Source: Isurus oxyrinchus (Eukaryota). From it: a stretch of DNA of 64,000 nt. The stretch lies in assembly GCA_026770705.1 (NCBI GenBank), contig JANJGN010000102.1:434001-498000 (forward strand). Direction: 5' to 3'. This document shows positions 37,277 to 50,729 of the stretch, in pieces. The notes under the pieces were generated by a model, which did not search any database, was not told where the DNA came from, and was given only the letters and a program-made list of their open reading frames with translations. Numbering within the stretch: the first letter of the stretch is position 1; each line of letters opens with the position of its first letter. The translations under genes and the position numbers were made by a program.

Positions 37277-37401
37277 AGGCAACGGCATCAGACAATCATA
37301 AAAACCCAGTACAGATTGCAATCTGCACAGTCGGCTTTGTGATTGGTGCCCTGGGGATGATGACTGGCCTCTGCCTGATTTTCTACAAGCGGGGAAATGA
37401 G
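37277..37401 (+). CDS. WA: WA exon 4: connecting peptide and transmembrane segment
   Basis: Acceptor tttacag|, donor GAG|GTAAAT (phase 0). EATASDNHKNPVQIAICTVGFVIGALGMMTGLCLIFYKRGNE carries the class II alpha-chain TM motif CxxGxxxGxxGxxxG. Confidence 0.9.
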
Positions 37402-37671
37402 GTAAATCGATTTAATTGTCTCTGGGGGCGGATATCTCTGACCTTCCAGCCAAACAAATTGCTGAGAAATAGGTTTCTCTCCAAACTCCTCTTTGTTAAT
37501 GAACTATGCTCAGCACCGGCAACAATCAGCACAGGAGAAATTAAACTGTTCACGGTGGAATGAGTTTGAGGTAGTTAGTATTGATTGCTCAAATCTCACA
37601 CCAAACTGCATGGGGTAGGGTAAAACTCGAATGAGACCAGTAAAGAACTCTGTTCTCAGTTGAAAATTTGA

Positions 37672-39648
37672 AGGGGACTGTGTAGAGGAGCTTTACTCTG
37701 TACCTAGCCCCGTGCCGTACCTGTCCTGGGAGTGTTTGATGGGGACAGTGTAGAGGGAGCTTTACTCTGTATCTAACCCCGTGCTGTACCTGTCCTGGGA
37801 GTGTTTGATGGGGACAGTGTCGAGGGAGCTTTACTCTGTATCTAACCCCGTGCTGTACCTGTCTTGGGAGTGTTTGATGGGGACGGTGTAGAGGAGCTTT
37901 ACTCTGTATCTAACCCCATGCTGTACCTGTCCTGGGAGTGTTTGATGGGGACAGTGTAGAGGGAGCTTTACTCTGTATCTAACCCTGTGCTGTACCTGTC
38001 CTGGGAGTGTTTGATGGGGACAGTGTCGAGGGAGCTTTACTCTGTATCTAACCCCGTGCTGTACCTGTCCTGGGAGTGTTTGATGGGGACGGTGTAGAGG
38101 GAGCTTTACTCTGTATCTAACCCCATGCTGTACCTGTCCTGGGAGTGTTTGATGGGGACAGTGTAGAGGGAGCTTTACTCTGTATCTAACCCTGTGCTGT
38201 ACCTGTCCTGGGAGTGTTTGATGGGGACAGTGTACAGGGAACTTTACTCTGTATCTAACCCCGTGCTGTACCTGTCCTGGGAGTGTTTGATGGGGACAGT
38301 GTAGAGGGAGCTTTACTCTGTATCTAACCCTGTGCTGTACCTGTCCTGGGAGTGTTTGATGGGGACGGTGTAGAGGGAGCTTTACTCTGTATCTAACCCC
38401 GTGCTGTACCTGTCCTGGGAGTGTTCGATGAGAACGGTGTAGAGGAAGCTTTAAACTTTATCAAAACCCGTGCTGTACCTGTCCTGGGAGTGTTTGATGG
38501 GGTCAGTGTACAGGGAACTTTACTCTTTATCTAACCCCGTGCTGTACCTTTCCTGGGAGTGTTTGATGGGGACGGTGTAGAGGGAGCTTTACTCTGTATC
38601 TAACCCCGTGCGGTACCTGTCTTGGGAGTGTTTGATGGGGACAGTGTAGAGGGAGCTTTACTCTGTATCTAACCCCGTGCTGTACCTGTCCTGGGAGTGT
38701 TTGATGGGGACAGTGTAGAGGGAGCTTTACTCTGTATCTAACCCTGTGCTGTACCTGTCCTGGGAGTGTTTGATGGGGACGGTGTAGAGGGAGCTTTACT
38801 CTGTATCTAACCCTGTGCTGTACCTGTCCTGGGAGTGTTCGATGAGAACGGTGTAGAGGAAGCTTTAAACTTTATCAAAACCCGTGCTGTACCTGTCCTA
38901 GGAGTGTTTGATGGGGTCAGTGTACAGGGAACTTTACTCTGTATCTAACCCCGTGCTGTACCTGTCCTGGGAGTGTTTGATGGGGACGGTGTAGAGGGAG
39001 CTTTACTCTGTATCTAACCCCGTGCTGTACCTGTCCTGGGAGTGTTTGATGGGGACGGTGTAGAGGGAGTTTTACTCTGTATCTAACCCCGTGCTGTACC
39101 TGTCCTGGGAGTGTTTGATGGGGACGGTGTAGAGGGAGCTTTACTCTGTATCTAACCCCGTGCTGTACCTGTCCTGGGAGTGTTTGATGGGGATGGTGTA
39201 GAGGGAGCTTTACTCTGTATCTAACCCCGTGCTGTAGCTGTCCTGGGAGTGTTTGATGGGGACGGTGTAGAGGGAGCTTTACTCTGTATCTAACCCCGTG
39301 CTATACCTGTCCTGGGTGTGTTTGATGGGGATGGTGTAGAGGGAGCTTTACTCTGTATCTAACCCCGTGCTGTACCTGTCCTGGGAGTGTTTGATGGGGA
39401 CGGTGTAGAGGGAGCTTTTCTCTGTATCTAACCCCGTGCTGTACCTGTTCTGGGAGTGTTTGATGGGGACAGTGTAGAGAGAGCTTTATTCTGTATCTAA
39501 CCCCGTGCTGTACCTGTCCTGGGAGTGTTTGATGGGGACAGTGTAGAGGCAGCTTTATACCGTATCTAACCCCGTGCTGTACCTGTCCTGGGAGTGTTTC
39601 ATGGGGACGGTGTAGAGAGAGCTTTACACTGTATCTAACCCTGTGCTT
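37672..39648 (-). repeat. 69-bp minisatellite array
   Basis: About 28 units, reverse orientation. Confidence 0.95.
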
Positions 39649-39949
39649 CAATACCCCTGGACTAAGGAGGCTTCAGACATCCTGGTTCCCTGATCTCTTT
39701 GCCAGTGAGCCCTATCCATTTGGGACAGTTTCGGTTTGGCTATCGTGCTACCTCCAAGGTCGATTAGCCTACCGAGATCTACCACATGCATGAAGAACAG
39801 CTGCCAGGGTGTGCTATCTGAGACCCATGGAAACTATAGCCCTTAAAGCAGCAGAGGAGAACGGCGGGTGGGCAGAATATTGAATCTGATGGCTGGGTGC
39901 TCGGTTTGGCAGACACCCAGCACTACAAATATCTTTTGTCACAAACAAG

Positions 39950-40078
39950 GTGGGGTCCAGGGATCAGCAAACCATACCTGCGGAGGAGCCACAGGACTCG
40001 ATGCTGAATGGAGAAGGGGCACAAGATGAAGGGACCCGTGTGGATCGGAGTGATCCAAACCAACCAGCAGAATGTTGA
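39950..40078 (+). CDS. WA: WA probable exon 5: cytoplasmic tail
   Basis: Acceptor cttttgtcacaaacaag|, phase 0 matches exon 4. 129 nt open to TGA: VGSRDQQTIPAEEPQDSMLNGEGAQDEGTRVDRSDPNQPAEC*. No homology check was possible. Confidence 0.55.
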   Translation: MGSRDQQTIPAEEPQDSMLNGEGAQDEGTRVDRSDPNQPAEC

Positions 40079-40208
40079 GCCAATCTGTGTCCTAATCTGA
40101 TCTCACACACACACTCTTGTTCCTCAAAACTGTGTTTCCTTCAAAAAAAATTACATAATTTCTGCAAACGTGATACTGTTTTATTGTTAATTTTAGACTT
40201 TGTAAATA

Positions 40209-40220
40209 GTGTGTGTATTT

Positions 40221-40300
<80 letters not shown>
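40209..40300. repeat. (GT)n microsatellite
   Basis: Long, near-perfect GT run. Confidence 0.95.
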
Positions 40301-40301
<1 letters not shown>

Positions 40302-40389
40302 GTTTAACATTCTGCCCGTCTCTCTCTCCCTGCCACTTTGAGGTTTGGAAGCACTTCCTCATTCCAGGGATGAGGAACTTGAGTACATA

Positions 40390-43130
40390 GAATCGTTGGC
40401 TGGCACAGCACAGAAGGAGGTCATTCAGCTCATCGTGCCTGTGCTTTCTGTTTGAAAGAGCCATCCAATTGGTCCCCTATTCTCCATGGATAAAATTTTT
40501 CCCCTTCAAGTATTTATTCAATTTCCCCTTTGTGAGCGTGAATCTGCTACCACTGCCCTTTCAGGCAGTGCCTTCCAGATCACAACAACTCGCTGCATCA
40601 AAAAAATTCTCCTCATTTCCCCCTCTGGTTCTTCTACCGATTCTCTTCAATCTGTTTGAACCCCCTCCCACCACCCCCCCTCTGGTTACCGCCCCACCTG
40701 CCACTGGAAACAGTTTCTCCTTATTTACTCAATTGAAACCTTTCATGATTTTGGATGCCTCGATTCAATCTCCCCTTTAACCTTCTCTGCACCAAGGAGA
40801 ACAATCCCAGCTTCTCCAGTCCCTCCACATGAACTGAGGTCCCCTCATCCCTGGGAACCGTTCTGGTAAATCTCCTGTGCCTTCCCTGGTACAGGAGATG
40901 GTACTGAGGGAGTTCCGTGGATGGATTGGAGAAGTTGGGAGTGTTCTCCTTGGGAAGAGAAAGTTGAGAAGAGATTTGAAAGAGGTGTTCAAAATCTCAA
41001 GAGGCTCTGGGACAGAGTAGATAGGGAGAAACTGTTCCCATTGGCGGAAGGATTGAAAACCAAAGGGACACAGATTTAAGGCGGTTGGTAAAAGAAGCAA
41101 TGGGGACATGAGGAGAAACTTTTTCATGCAGTGAGTGGTTAGGATCTGGAATGTGCTGCCTGAGAATGTGGTGGAGGCAGGGTCAATCGAGGCTTTCCGA
41201 AGGGGAATTTGTTCATTATCTGAAAAGGAAGAATGTGAAGGGTTACGGGGAGAAGCCATGGGATGGCACCAGTTGAATTGCTCATGCGGAGAGCCAGTGC
41301 AGACACGATGAGCCAAATGGCTTGCTCCCCGTGACGTAGCAATTCGGTGATTCTGATTAACTGCCCAGAGATGCTCACATCTGTGGACGGCAGCTGAAGA
41401 CTATGGTTGATTCTGCTGCCTTCACATGCGTTTTGAGTGCAGAGTCGAAGACCGAGAACATAGGAGGCCATTCAGCCCCTCAGGTCTATTCCCCCATTCA
41501 ACAAGATCACGGCTGATCTGTGACCTATATCCAGATACCCACCTTTGCCCCAAATCCCTTAATACCTTTGGCTAACAAAAATCTCTCAATCTCAGTTTAA
41601 AATTAACTGACCCGGCATTAATTGCCATTTGGTGAAGAGAGTTCCAAACTCCGACCACCCTTTGTGTGTCGAAGTCTTTCCTCATTTCACTCTCATTTTT
41701 GGACTCTGCCCTCTCATCCCAGGCTTCCCCAACCAGCGGGAAACAGTTTCCCTCTGTCAACACTCTCAGTTCCCCTTAATGTCCTGAAAACTTTGATTAA
41801 ATCACTCCCTGAATCTTCTAAATTCTGGGGAATACAACCCTTGTTTGTATAAATGGATCACCCGGGAGAGATTCTATTGGATCCAGTATCGCAATGGATT
41901 TCAACGCCTTCGAGACAGCTGGGGCAGGTTATGCTACATGGATAAAACTGGAAGAAAGCATTTATAAACAATGAGTAAAATATACTGCGGGTGGCTATTG
42001 AACAATAAGTTGGGAATATCTTGCACATATGAACGTATGAATTAGGAACAGGACAAGGTCACTCAGCCCCTCGAGCCTGCTCCGCCATTCAATATCATGG
42101 CTGATCTGATTGTAACCTCAACCCCACATTCCTTCCAACCCCCCGATAACCTTTCACCCCCTTGTTAATTCAGAATCTGTCCACCTCTGCCTTAAAAATA
42201 TTCAAAGACTCTGCTTCCACTGTCATTTGAGGAAGAAAGTTCCAAAGGCACTCGAACCTCTGAGAGACAAGATTTCTCCTCATCTCCATCCTAAATGGGC
42301 GAACCCTTACATTTAAACAGTGACCCCACGTTCTAGATTCTCCCACAAGAGGAAACGTCCTCTCTACATCCACCCTGTCAAGACCACTCAGGAACTTAAA
42401 GGTTTCAATCAAGTAGCCTCTTACTCTTCTAAACTCTAGCGGATACAAGCCTAGCCTGACCAATCTTTCCTCATAAGACAATCCACCCATTCCAGGTATT
42501 ACTCTGGTAAACCTTCTCTGACCTGCTTCTAACGCATTTACATCCTTCCTTAAATAAGGTGACCAATACTGTACACGATACTCCAAATGTGGTCTCACCA
42601 GTGCCCTGTACAACTGAAGCAAAACCTCCCTACTTTTGTGTTCAATTTAGCTCACAAAAAAATGCTATCATTCTATTAGCTTTCCTAATGACTTGCTGTG
42701 CCTGCATATGAGCCTTCTGTGATTCATGCAGTAGGACACCCAGATCCCTCTGCACCTCAGAGCTCTGGGCCCATTGAATGTATGGAAAATATCCGATTGT
42801 GCCAGCTGGCCTCATCCTATGCAATAAATCCAGAATCTATTCATCCCTCACCATGCAATGTGTATTTTGAGAGTTGGCGAAGGCTGGTGAAGGTGTCACC
42901 GCCTGCCCCTCACCGCCTGCGAGGAAGTAATGAGATGTCTGTTCTGAGAACAACAGTTCAGAGACGCTCCCTAAACAACGTGCGGAGAAACGTGTCCAAC
43001 TAAAAGTCTTCAAGCCTTCCACCCCCCGCTGATCAGGTCCAATGTGCCTCTTGCGTGCATGTAGCTTGATTCCTTTAGCGACGAACACTGCTACCCCCAA
43101 CTGAGACAAGATCCCGCCTGCAATCATTAA
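40390..43130. mobile_element. CR1 fragment cluster downstream of WA
   Basis: ORF 42170-42622 (-) is a clear CR1 ORF2 C-terminus; the flanking pieces are similar. Confidence 0.8.
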
Positions 43131-46100
43131 AAACTCACAGTGCCGGTCCCACCTTCCTCTATTGTCCGTAACTCTGGAAGCTCCTCATCCTCGAGAAACT
43201 GTTCAACTCCCTTTTGAAAGTATTGATTCAGCTTAGGGCGTTTTATAAGGGACATATCTTTTTAATTCTGTCGGGCTGTTGTAAAGAACATATCCTTTAA
43301 GTTTCTGTTGGACTGTCGATTAGAATTACAACAGCTGCAGGTTGAAAGGCATGCCCACTGGGACAGGATGAGGGGTAAATACAATGTTGCAGTTCTGGGA
43401 CAGAGTGTGTCATGAAAGACAGGATGGTGCCAGAAAGAAATTCAGGACCAAGGGAGCAGACTGACAATAGCAACAGACGGTGGTATAGTGGTATTGTCAC
43501 TAGATTGGTATTCTAGAGATCCAGGGAAATGCTCTGGATACGCATGTTTGAATCTCACCATGGCAGAAAGTGAAATTTGAATTCAATAAAAATCTCCAAT
43601 TAAAAGCCTGATGTTGACCATGTTATAAAAACCCATCTGGTTCACTAATGTCCTTTAGGAAAAGAAATCTGCTGTCCTTACATGTGTACATCCAAACCCA
43701 CAGCACATGGTGGACTCTTAAAATGCTCCATGAACAAGGAGCAATTAGGGATGGGCAATAAATGCTGGCCTAGCCAGCAAAGCTTGCATGCCACGAACAA
43801 ATAAAAAAACAAATCTACCACCTTAAACATTCACTCCCTCCACCACTGATGCACAGTGGCAGCAGTGTGTGTACCATCTACAAGATGCACTGCAGGAACT
43901 CACCAAGGCTCCTTTGACAGTGCTGCCCAAACCATGACTTTTACCATCTAGAAGGACAAGGGCAGCAGAAACATAGGAACACCACCACCTGGAGGAACAC
44001 CACCCCTCTGAGCCACTCGCCATCCTGACTTGGAAATATATCGGCTGTTCCTTCACTGTCGCTAGGCCAAAATCCTGGAACTCCCTCCCTAACAGAACTA
44101 TGGGTGTACCTCCACCGCAAGGACTGCAGTGGTTCAAGAAGGTGGCTCACCACCACCTTCTCCAAGGGCAATAAATGCTGGGCCCAGCCAGCAATGCTTG
44201 TTGTGATGCCTTGCAGGCCCACTCAACCTGTCCGCTTAGCAGTGACAGCAGGCTGAGGGCTGTTCCGGGCCACGGTGTTTACTGATTGAGGTGGAGTGAT
44301 GCTTCTGCTGAAGGCCCAGGGCAGCCTCACTGTTGCCCAGTGGCTTGCTTAAGAACCCGATCTGAGATGCCAATTAGGGGGTTGTGTACAGTGTCAGCTG
44401 GGCCGAGAGGGCCTGGGGTTGGGGGGCTGACGGGTTGGAAGCAAGAAAGAGGGGACTGATTCCTGACTTTGGGGGCTGGGTTTGTGAGGGTCTATCATAT
44501 AAAACATCAGCGACCTTATGTATAACACTTAGACCTTGTTATTCTTTCACGAAATGTGAGTGTCGCTGGTGAGGCCAGCATTTATTGCCCATCCCTAATT
44601 GCCCTCAAACTGAATGTCTTGCAAGGGCCATTTCAGTGGGCAATCAGAGGTCAACCACATTGCTGTGGGCCTGGAGTCACGTGTAGGTCAGACGGGGTAA
44701 GTAAGGCAGATTTCCCTCCCTATAGGACATTTAGTGAACCAAGTGGGTTTTTACAACAATCGATGATAATTTTCATGGGCACCGTCACAGATTCTGGCTT
44801 CTAATTACAGATTTATTCACAGGATGTGGGCATCGCTGGCTAAGCCAGTATTTAATGCCCATCCCTAAAGGCCCTTTGGGAAGTTGCTGGTGAGCTGCCT
44901 TCTTGAACTACAGGAGTCCATGTACTGTAGGTACATCCACAGCGCTGTGAGGGAGGGAGTTCCAGGATTCTGACCCAGCGACAGTGAAGTAATGGCTGAT
45001 ATATTTCCAAGTCAGGATGGTGAGTGGCTCAGAGGGGAATTTCCAGGTGGTGGTGTTCCCATGTACCTGCTGCCCTTGTCCTTTTAGATGGTAGAGGTCT
45101 TGGGTTTGGAAGGTGCTGTCTATGGAGGTGAGTTCCTGTAGTGCATCTCGCAGATGGTACACAGAAATTCACCAAGGCTCCTTTGACAGCACCTTGCAAA
45201 ATTCCACCAGCTGCCGTGATGGGATTTGAACCAGTGTGCCTAGGGCATTAGCTTGGTCCTCTGGATTACTCATCTAGTGATATTACCACAACACCACTGG
45301 CTCCCATTGTGATCTCCTGAGCTGGTTACGATCACCTGACGGGTGTTGGAGAGGAATTTTCCAGCCAAATTTGTTTTCCCTTCTGGGTCCTGCCCTTGCT
45401 TTTGTTTGCCTCTCCTAGTAGTTACATAGCTCCAGTAGGGGCGGGGTAAGTGTTTAGTCCCAAAGCTTTTGCCATCATGGTACAGGGCTGGCTTGATGGG
45501 CCAGCTAAACCCCTCCTGTTTCGTATGTAATGCAACCCAGGGCCAAGTGACAGAATTTGATGCACCGCGGTGAGACACAATACCAGCAGCTCTGGTTTCG
45601 CTCATTCACAGATGTAGCCGCAACTCGACAGGTGCAGCAAGCGATTCAGTAGCCAAATGGAATGTTGTCCTTTATAGTGAGGGGGATGGACTACAGAAGT
45701 CGGGAAGACTTGCTACAACTGTACAGGGCGTTGGTGAGACTGCTCCTGGGGCATTGTGTACAGTTCTGGTCTCCATACTTAAGGAGGGATAGACTCGCAT
45801 TGAAAGCCATTCAGAGAATGTTCGCTTGGCTGATTCCTGGGAATGAAGGGGTTTCTCTTATGAGGAAAGGTTGAGCAGGTTGAGTCTGTATCCATTGGAG
45901 TTTAGAAGAATGAGAGGTGACCTTATTGAAACATATCAGATTATGGTGGGGGGTGGGGTTGGGGGCTTGACAGGGTGGATGCTGAGAGGATATTTCCCCC
46001 TCTTGGGGGGAATCTAGAATGGAAGGGACAGTTTCAGAACAAGGGGTCTCCCATTGAAGACGGAGATGAGAAGGAATTTCTTCTCCTAGCGGGTCATCAG

Positions 46101-46214
46101 TTTGTGGAATTCTCTCCCCCAGAGAGCAGTGGAGGCTGGCTGATTGAATATATTCAAGGCTGAGTTAGACAGAATTTTTGATCAACAGAGGAGTCGAGGG
46201 TTATTGGGGGGCGA

Positions 46215-48400
46215 AACATAAGAACATAAGAACTAGGAGTAGGCAATTTAGCCCCTCGAGCCTGCCCCGCCATTCAATATGATCATGGCTGATCTCATTT
46301 CGGCCTCAACTCCAATTTCCCACCCTCTCCCCATAACCTTTCAACCTGTTACTAATTAAAAATCTGTCTATTTCCTCCTTAAATTTATTCAGCGTCCTGG
46401 CATCCACTGCACTCCAAGGTAGTGAATTCCACAAATTCACCACCCTTTGAGAAAAGTAATTCCTTCTCATCTCTGATTTAAATCTACCACCCCTTCGCCT
46501 AAAACTATGGCCTCTCATTCTAGAATGCACCAGAGGGGGAAACATCTGCTCACGTCTACTTTGTCCATCCCCTTTAGCATCTTATATACCTCAATTAGAT
46601 CTCCTTTCATCCTTCTAAACTCTAGCGAGTGTCGGCCTAAGCTGCTCAATCTCTCCTCATAAGACAAGCCCCGCATCTCTGGAATCAATCTAGTGAACCT
46701 CCTCTGAACCGTCTCCAGTGCAACTATGTCCTTCCTCAAGTAAAGGGACCAAAGCTGTGCACAGTACTTCAGGTGCAGTCTCACCAATGCCTTGTACACT
46801 TGCAACAACACTTCCCTATTTTTATACTCTATTCCTTTAGCAAGAGATGCCAAAATTCCATTTGCCTTCCTTATTACCTGCTCCGCCTGCATACTAGCTT
46901 TCAGCGATTCATGCACAAGGACACCCAGATCCCTCTGCACTGAAGCATTCTGAAGTTTCTCTCCAATTAAGTAATAAGTCGCCTTTTTATTCTTCTGACT
47001 AAAATGGATAACCTCACACTTATCCACGTTAGACTCCATCTGCCAAATTTTGGCCCATTCACCTAACCTGTCTATATCCATTTGTAAATTTCTTATTTCT
47101 TCACTGCAACTTACTTTCCCACCTATTTTGGTGTCATCTGCAAATTTAGCTATAGTACCTTCTATCCCTGAATTCAAGTCATTAATACAGATTGTAAATA
47201 GTTGGGGCCCAAGGACCGAACCCCATGGCACCCCACTAGTTAAGCTTGCCATCCAGAAAAGTACCCATTTATCTCGAATCTCTGCTTTCTGTTGGTTAGC
47301 CAATCCTCTATCCAATCTAATGTATTACCCCTAATTCCATGTGATCTTATCTTGTGTATTAATCTCTTATGTGCCACCTTGTCAAAGGCCTTCTGCAAGT
47401 CCAGATATACTAAATCTAGAGGATCCACTTGATTGTCACATCTTCAAAGAACTCTAGCAAATTAGTCGAAAACAATTTACTCTTCATAAAACCATGCTGA
47501 CTCTGATGGATTGCATTTTGACCTTCCAAATGCCCCATTACTACTTCCTTAATAATGGATTCCAACAATTTCCCAATGACAGACGTTAAACTAACTGGTC
47601 TATTGTTTCCCACTTTCTGCCTCCCCCACTTTTTGAAGAAGGGCGTTACATTAGCATTTTTCCAATCCACAGGAACCTTTCCAGAACCCAGGGAATTTTG
47701 GAATATTATAGTCAATGCATCCACTATCTCCACTGCCACTTCCTTTAAGACACTGGGATGTAGGCCATCAGGTCCAGAGGACTTGTCACCCTTTAATCCC
47801 AATAGTTTGCTCAGTACTTTTTCTCCAGTGATGATGATTGTTCTAAGTTCCTCCTTCTCGATACCCTCTGCACTACCTGTTACTATTGGGGTGGTACTAG
47901 TGTCCTGCACCGTGAAAACTGAGGCAAAATGTTGATTGAGCGTCTCTGCCAATTCTGGTCCTCCAAGGGACCAACATTCACTTTAGCTACTCTCTTTCCT
48001 TTTATATACTTGTGGAAGCTTTTGCTATCAGTGTTTACATCTTGCGCTAGTTTTCTTTCATAATTTACCTTTGCTCTTTTTATTATTTTTTTAGTAACCC
48101 TTTGTTGATCATTAAAAATTTCCCAATCTTCCATCCTGCCACTGATCTTTGCAATTTGCTATGCCTTAGTTTTTGCCTTTATGTTATCTTTAACCTCCTT
48201 GCTTAGCCATGGATGTTTTTTCCCCTCTTACCAGCTTTCTTCCTCTTTAGAATATATTTTACTTGGGAGGAATTGAATATCTCCTTAAATATCTGCCACT
48301 GTTCATCAACTGTCCCACCTTGTAGTCTTCCTGCCCAGTCCACAAGGGCCAAATCTGCCCTCATGCCTATGTAGTTAACTTTGTTTAACTCCAGAACACT
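46215..48400 (-). mobile_element. CR1-group LINE, 3' 2.2 kb with frameshifted RT
   Basis: ORF pieces GPDGLHP, RPVSLTSV, SQHGF, YLDLQKAFDKV, GVPWGSVLGP, KFADDTK and a typical 3' tail. Confidence 0.93.
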
Positions 48401-49909
48401 AGGAACAGGCAGGAAAGTGTAGCTGAGGTTACAGTCAGATCAGCCATGATCTTACTGAGTGACAGAGCAGGCTCGATGGGCTGAATGGCCTACTCCAGCT
48501 CTGAATTCCTGTGTCCTTATGGTTCGACTGATTCTTTTTATTATACAACATAATTCATGGTGGGATGTGGATGTTGCTGCCAAGGCTGCTGATTATTGCC
48601 CATCTCCTACAGTTGCCCTATCCTGTGCACACCCCCAACACCCCCCTCCCCCCATTGCAAAAAGTGCCAGCCTGGATGATGGGCCAAAGCGGGAGCGTCT
48701 TAACGCCGAGTGAGGCTGCCCTGTGCGCACGAGCGGAATTGAGGTCGCTTCGAAAAATGCCTCGGCGAACCCGACCAACTGCATTTTGGTCGTGGCCCCA
48801 ATTCGAGGCACCGGAAGTTTCTACTAGGAAAGACTTTGAGCCTTTTCACCTTTTCTAACCAGCGGGCGGAGCAAAGCTACCAGCTGAGGTTTCCTGTCAC
48901 CCCAATGGCATCATTCACACTGTAAACTGTTCTCGTTTCTTTCAATCCAGTTTACGCATCACGTTTTCTTAAGCTTTGACTTACAGTCTCTCCAATTTCA
49001 CCAGTAATTTGGAAGAAGGTCATTATATTTTTTTGACGTTCCTGCTCCGCCTTTTTTTTCTGGCAATGTGTTGGGATCCACGGGGTTGTGGTGGGGAGGT
49101 GGGGCATTGAAGCGCGCAGGAAGCAGCAGGTGGTTTCACACCCTCCCTCCCACCTCGTGTCTCTCTTGTGGTCAAGCTGCACTTTTTGAAATGTAAACGG
49201 TTGCCTGTTCCTCTCCGACAGAGAGCGAGGGAGGGGCGTTGTCGACACGTGGGTGGGGAACGAGAGAAAGACAGGCAGCATCAGAGAGCCAGAAGGGAGT
49301 CAGAGGGACAGAGACGCGCGCACTCAGAGATAGAGCAAGATGGAGAGGCACACTAACAGATAAGAAGATAAAGAAGGTAGGAAGACGGGAAGAGAGACGG
49401 GGGCACAGAGTAAGAGGGAAGCGGAGACAGAAGGAGTGAGACAGAGGGAGGCAGGGAAAGGATAGACGGACGCAGTTAGACGTTGATAGAAAGGAGACTG
49501 CGGGAGGTAAAACAGGAGTTTGGACAGGTACAGGGAGAGAGGAGAATACATGGGTGTATATGAAGAAGGACAGATACAGCAGGGCATTTAGACAGTCAGG
49601 AGTGATATCAAGCCATACCTCCGCACACTGTACTCAGGAAAGGTTGACCATCTGCAGGAATGCTCAAAGGCTCAAGAGGGCCAAAGATGCTTCTGCATTG
49701 AATAGGCAGAAGGGACAGTCTCTGTCATCTGGATTGAAGGGCCCCGTGTGAAATGGTGATCAGGGGGGCCAGTCCACACCAGCCAAACATCAGCACCAGA
49801 AACCTGAGTTGGGGCTTCTCTGGACAGGACTGAAAACCGACCCCACATCACTTGTCAACCGACTGGGGAGAGACGGAGGCAGAGGCTGTTACAAGGGGAA
49901 GACCTGGAA

Positions 49910-49943
49910 ATGGGTGGCACTCAGCATAACCAGAGTTGTAAAG
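49910..49943 (+). CDS. SIT1: SIT1-like adaptor, first coding exon
   Basis: MGGTQHNQSCK G|GTAAG. N-glycosylation sequon plus Cys, like the SIT1 ectodomain NCT. In-frame stop upstream at 49805. Confidence 0.65.
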
Positions 49944-50729
49944 GTAAGAGATGGAACCTGCTTTAACTCTTTGGGCGGAAAGGAGAAAAGTGGGCCCTAC
50001 CAGGTGGTAGGGGTTGAGGGGTTTGGAAGGTGCTGTCGAAGGAGCCTTGGCGAGTTGCTGCAGTGCATCTTGTAGATGGTACACACACACTGCTGCCCCT
50101 GTGCGTCGGTGGTGGAGGGAGTGAATGTTTGTGGATGGGGAGCTGATCAATCGAGGCTGCTTTGTCCTGGATGGTGTCGAGCTTCTTGAGTGTTGTGGGA
50201 GCTGCACTCATCCAGGCAAGTGGGGAGTATTCCATCACACTCCTGACTTGTACCTTGTAGATGGTGGACAGGCTTTGGGGAGTCAGGGGGTGAGTTATTC
50301 ATCGCAGGATTCCCAGCCTCTGACCTGCTCTTGTCGCCACAACATTTATATGGCTGGTCCAGTTCCGTTTCTGGTGAAAGGTAACCCGCCCCCTTAGGAT
50401 GTTAGGATGGGGGATTGAGTGATGGTAATGACATGAAAGATGGTCATTGCCTGGCACTTGTGTGGCATGAATGTAACTGGCACCATGAGAGTGGGACTCA
50501 TAGGGGTGAATTCAGGACAATATTTCACACCAATCCATGGCAGGACAAATGGGTGTGGGGCCAAGCTAAGGAGATGTGAACAGGGGGCCGCAAGTGCAGG
50601 ACATCTCTTTGGGAGGGGAATTGGTGGAACGGAGACAAATATAAGAATGGCTGGGTCTTTGGGGTAGGGTTAAGAAGTGACCACCTCTCCTGTGCCTGTT
50701 TAACTCTGTGAACTGTGTTGACCTGGCAG

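Noticed and set aside
37672-39648. CRISPR-like regular arrays
   Set aside because: Units are contiguous with no unique spacers, there are no cas genes, and the context is eukaryotic.
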